16,302 nt of DNA, from contig CAZFVS010000003.1 in assembly GCA_964522265.1 (NCBI GenBank), positions 17,445 to 33,746 on the forward strand, written 5' to 3'. A program made the translations under genes and the position numbers. Origin of the DNA: an uncultured Gammaproteobacteria bacterium. GTDB taxonomy: Bacteria; Patescibacteriota; Microgenomatia; Daviesbacterales; UBA10151. The notes under the pieces were generated by a model, which ran no database searches, was not told where the DNA came from, and was given only the letters and a program-made list of their open reading frames with translations. This document shows positions 15,031 to 16,302 of the stretch, piece after piece (position 1 is the first letter of the stretch; the number at the start of each line of letters is the position of its first letter).

Positions 15031-15711
15031 TTACCCGATCATAAAATCAAACAATACAATCTCCCGTGATTTAAACTGGTACAGCATTGCCGGACGGTGT
15101 GCACCTTCTATCTCTTTCTCACCTGTTGCCCTCAAAAGCCCCAGAGACAACATTCTTTTTCTAAAATTCCTCTTGTCCAGTTTTTGCCCAAGGATAACTT
15201 CATAAACTCCCTGAAGTTCACTGAGCCGGAATTTACTGGGCAATAATCCATAAACAATATTGCTGTAACCAATCTTGCTTTTCAATCTTTCAATACCCAA
15301 ATTGATAATTTTTTTATGGTCAAAGGCCAGTTTCGGCAATTGGTCAATGGGAAACCAGGCTGCATCAGTTACATCAGTGGTTGCATGAAGTTTAATTCTC
15401 TCAGATGGGATCAGTGCAAAATAAACAACAGTGATAACCCTCTCTCTAGGATCTCTGTTTGGATCTCCAAAAGTATAGAGCTGTTCCAGATATACATCTT
15501 GCACCCCTGTTTCCTGCATAAGCTCCCGTTTGGCAGCATTCTCCAAAGATTCATTTATTCCGACAAACCCTCCGGGAAGCGCCCAAATACTCTTAAACGG
15601 CTCAACTCCTCTTTTGACAAGGATTATCTTTAATTTTTTACCTGAAACTGAAAAAATCAGTACGTCAACTGCAACAGACGGCCTTTTGAAGATATCACCT
15701 TTAGTGTTCAT
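15031..15711 (-). CDS. nrtR: NrtR-family Nudix-related transcriptional regulator of NAD metabolism
   Basis: N-terminal Nudix fold with a degenerate box GGFVGINESLENAAKRELMQETGV (EE changed to QE). The C-terminal wHTH-like domain FRLSELQGVYEVILGQKLDKRNFRKRMLSLGLL is characteristic of NrtR. It heads a pncA/pncB/nadE/nadM cluster. Confidence 0.8.
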   Translation of the reverse strand: MNTKGDIFKRPSVAVDVLIFSVSGKKLKIILVKRGVEPFKSIWALPGGFVGINESLENAAKRELMQETGVQDVYLEQLYTFGDPNRDPRERVITVVYFALIPSERIKLHATTDVTDAAWFPIDQLPKLAFDHKKIINLGIERLKSKIGYSNIVYGLLPSKFRLSELQGVYEVILGQKLDKRNFRKRMLSLGLLRATGEKEIEGAHRPAMLYQFKSREIVLFDFMIG

Positions 15712-15718
15712 ATAACAC

Positions 15719-15748
15719 TAAGTATACTACTTATTTTTTGTTTGTCAA
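15719..15748 (-). promoter_or_regulatory. Putative sigma70-type promoter of the nrtR operon, with an overlapping palindrome
   Basis: Minus strand: TTGACA (15748-15743), 16-nt spacer, TATACT (15726-15721). The -10 ends only 9 nt before the nrtR ATG (15711) and there is no SD, suggesting a leaderless or near-leaderless mRNA. The palindrome TAAGTA-N3-TACTTA (15719-15733) covers the -10. Confidence 0.4.
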
Positions 15749-15756
15749 CCGCCAGT

Positions 15757-15963
15757 TTAATTTGAATTAATCCTTTTTTTCCGATTTTTTTTATTAATCC
15801 TGTATGCCCTTTTCCTGATTGCTTCAGTCCTTTTGGCCCACAGCTCTTTTTCTTCCAGACTTCTGAATCTCATATACCTTTTTGTATGGTTTAAAAGATA
15901 TACTGTGGTTAACAGACTTGCCCATTTATATGTCAGGTCAGTAATATTTTCTCTCTCTTTCAT
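15757..15963 (-). CDS. Hypothetical small basic protein (68 aa)
   Basis: ORF track. Its ATG shares one nucleotide with the TGA of the upstream comM-like gene (TGATG at 15961-15965). Lys/Arg-rich C-terminus. No family recognised. Confidence 0.35.
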   Translation of the reverse strand: MKERENITDLTYKWASLLTTVYLLNHTKRYMRFRSLEEKELWAKRTEAIRKRAYRINKKNRKKRINSN

Positions 15964-16302
15964 CAGGTTTCTTCCCTAACCCGGTACTGAAGGCTTTCCG
16001 CAATATGTTCTACAAAAACATTTTCACTTTGAGCCAGATCGGCAATGGTTCGCGAAAGTTTTAATACCCTGTGATAGGAACGGGCAGACAGGTTCATTTT
16101 GATAATCGCCATTTTCAAAAGATCCATCGCCTCTTTTTCCAGTATGACAAATTTTTTAATTTGGGCATTACTCATTTCACTGTTTGTGATTATTCCGCTG
16201 CCCCCAAACCTTCTCCTTTGAATTCCCCTGGCGTTCTCCACCCTTTTTCTGATTATCAGGGAATCCTCAACTAAAGCTTCACCGGTTAATTTTTCCACTT
16301 CA
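15963..16302 (-). CDS. comM: YifB/ComM family Mg-chelatase-like ATPase, C-terminal part (N-terminus lies beyond the window)
   Basis: NAQIKKFVILEKEAMDLLKMAIIKMNLSARSYHRVLKLSRTIADLAQSENVFVEHIAESLQYR matches the conserved C-terminal domain of ComM/YifB (..lSaRa..rilrvaRTIADL....i...hi.EAlqyR). The frame is open to the window end. Confidence 0.85.
   Translation of the reverse strand, partial: EVEKLTGEALVEDSLIIRKRVENARGIQRRRFGGSGIITNSEMSNAQIKKFVILEKEAMDLLKMAIIKMNLSARSYHRVLKLSRTIADLAQSENVFVEHIAESLQYRVREET

Noticed and set aside
8463-15711. Phage-type NAD reconstitution module, or an NAD-depleting defence or counter-defence island.
   Set aside because: The enzymes are the standard Preiss-Handler set with a chromosomal NrtR regulator. 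No phage, integrase, TIR/SIR2/NADase effector or mobile-element signatures are present, and the flanks are housekeeping genes (comM-like, PRODH, Sec). An ordinary, though unusually complete, cellular NAD regulon explains it better.
1460-16274. ORF-track entries that overlap the stronger genes. Plus strand: 1645-1998, 3004-3402, 4473-4703, 8362-8556, 9676-9882, 9966-10319, 10298-10615, 10761-11075, 11366-11569, 12101-12397, 12953-13207, 13219-13401, 14581-14835, 14799-15044, 15316-15633, 15530-15715, 16071-16274. Minus strand, alternate frames: 1460-1654, 4103-4285.
   Set aside because: Each lies entirely or mostly inside a longer ORF with clear family motifs on the opposite strand or in another frame. 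Their translations are low-complexity with no recognisable motifs, and none has an SD. They are typical shadow ORFs.

Overview
AT-rich, very compact bacterial chromosomal segment. TGA is used as a stop in many ATGA start/stop overlaps, so this is the standard code, not a TGA-recoding lineage. Gene content (DUF5679 mini zinc-ribbon, DUF3048, DUF4446, divergent housekeeping genes, weak or absent SD on many genes) suggests an uncultivated small-genome lineage such as CPR/Patescibacteria, but that is inference only. Almost everything is on the minus strand, in two long co-directional arrays. Array A (about 15748 down to 7386) is an NAD salvage/recycling operon headed by an NrtR-type Nudix regulator: nrtR, pncA, pncB, an ADP-ribosylglycohydrolase, nadE, nadM-Nudix and a nadK-like gene, followed by a monofunctional proline dehydrogenase and a bidirectional terminator. 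Array B (6641 down to 1) is an envelope/secretion array: DUF4446, DUF3048, a wHTH protein, secD, three unexpected genes, then secF. A short plus-strand unit (6766-7222) lies between the arrays and includes a 47-aa zinc-ribbon gene missing from the ORF track. I saw no rRNA, tRNA, CRISPR array, transposase or integrase. The most interesting points are: (1) the ADP-ribosylglycohydrolase translationally coupled inside the NrtR/NAD operon; (2) three ATGA-coupled genes wedged between secD and secF, one an HhH-GPD glycosylase-like protein; (3) a set of unexplained palindromes and GC-rich hairpins, namely a 36-bp perfect palindrome upstream of pncB, a related 25-bp inverted repeat, and a 4-hairpin cluster translated into the NadM tail; and (4) candidate NrtR operators. 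All functional calls come from motif recognition by eye; no searches were run.
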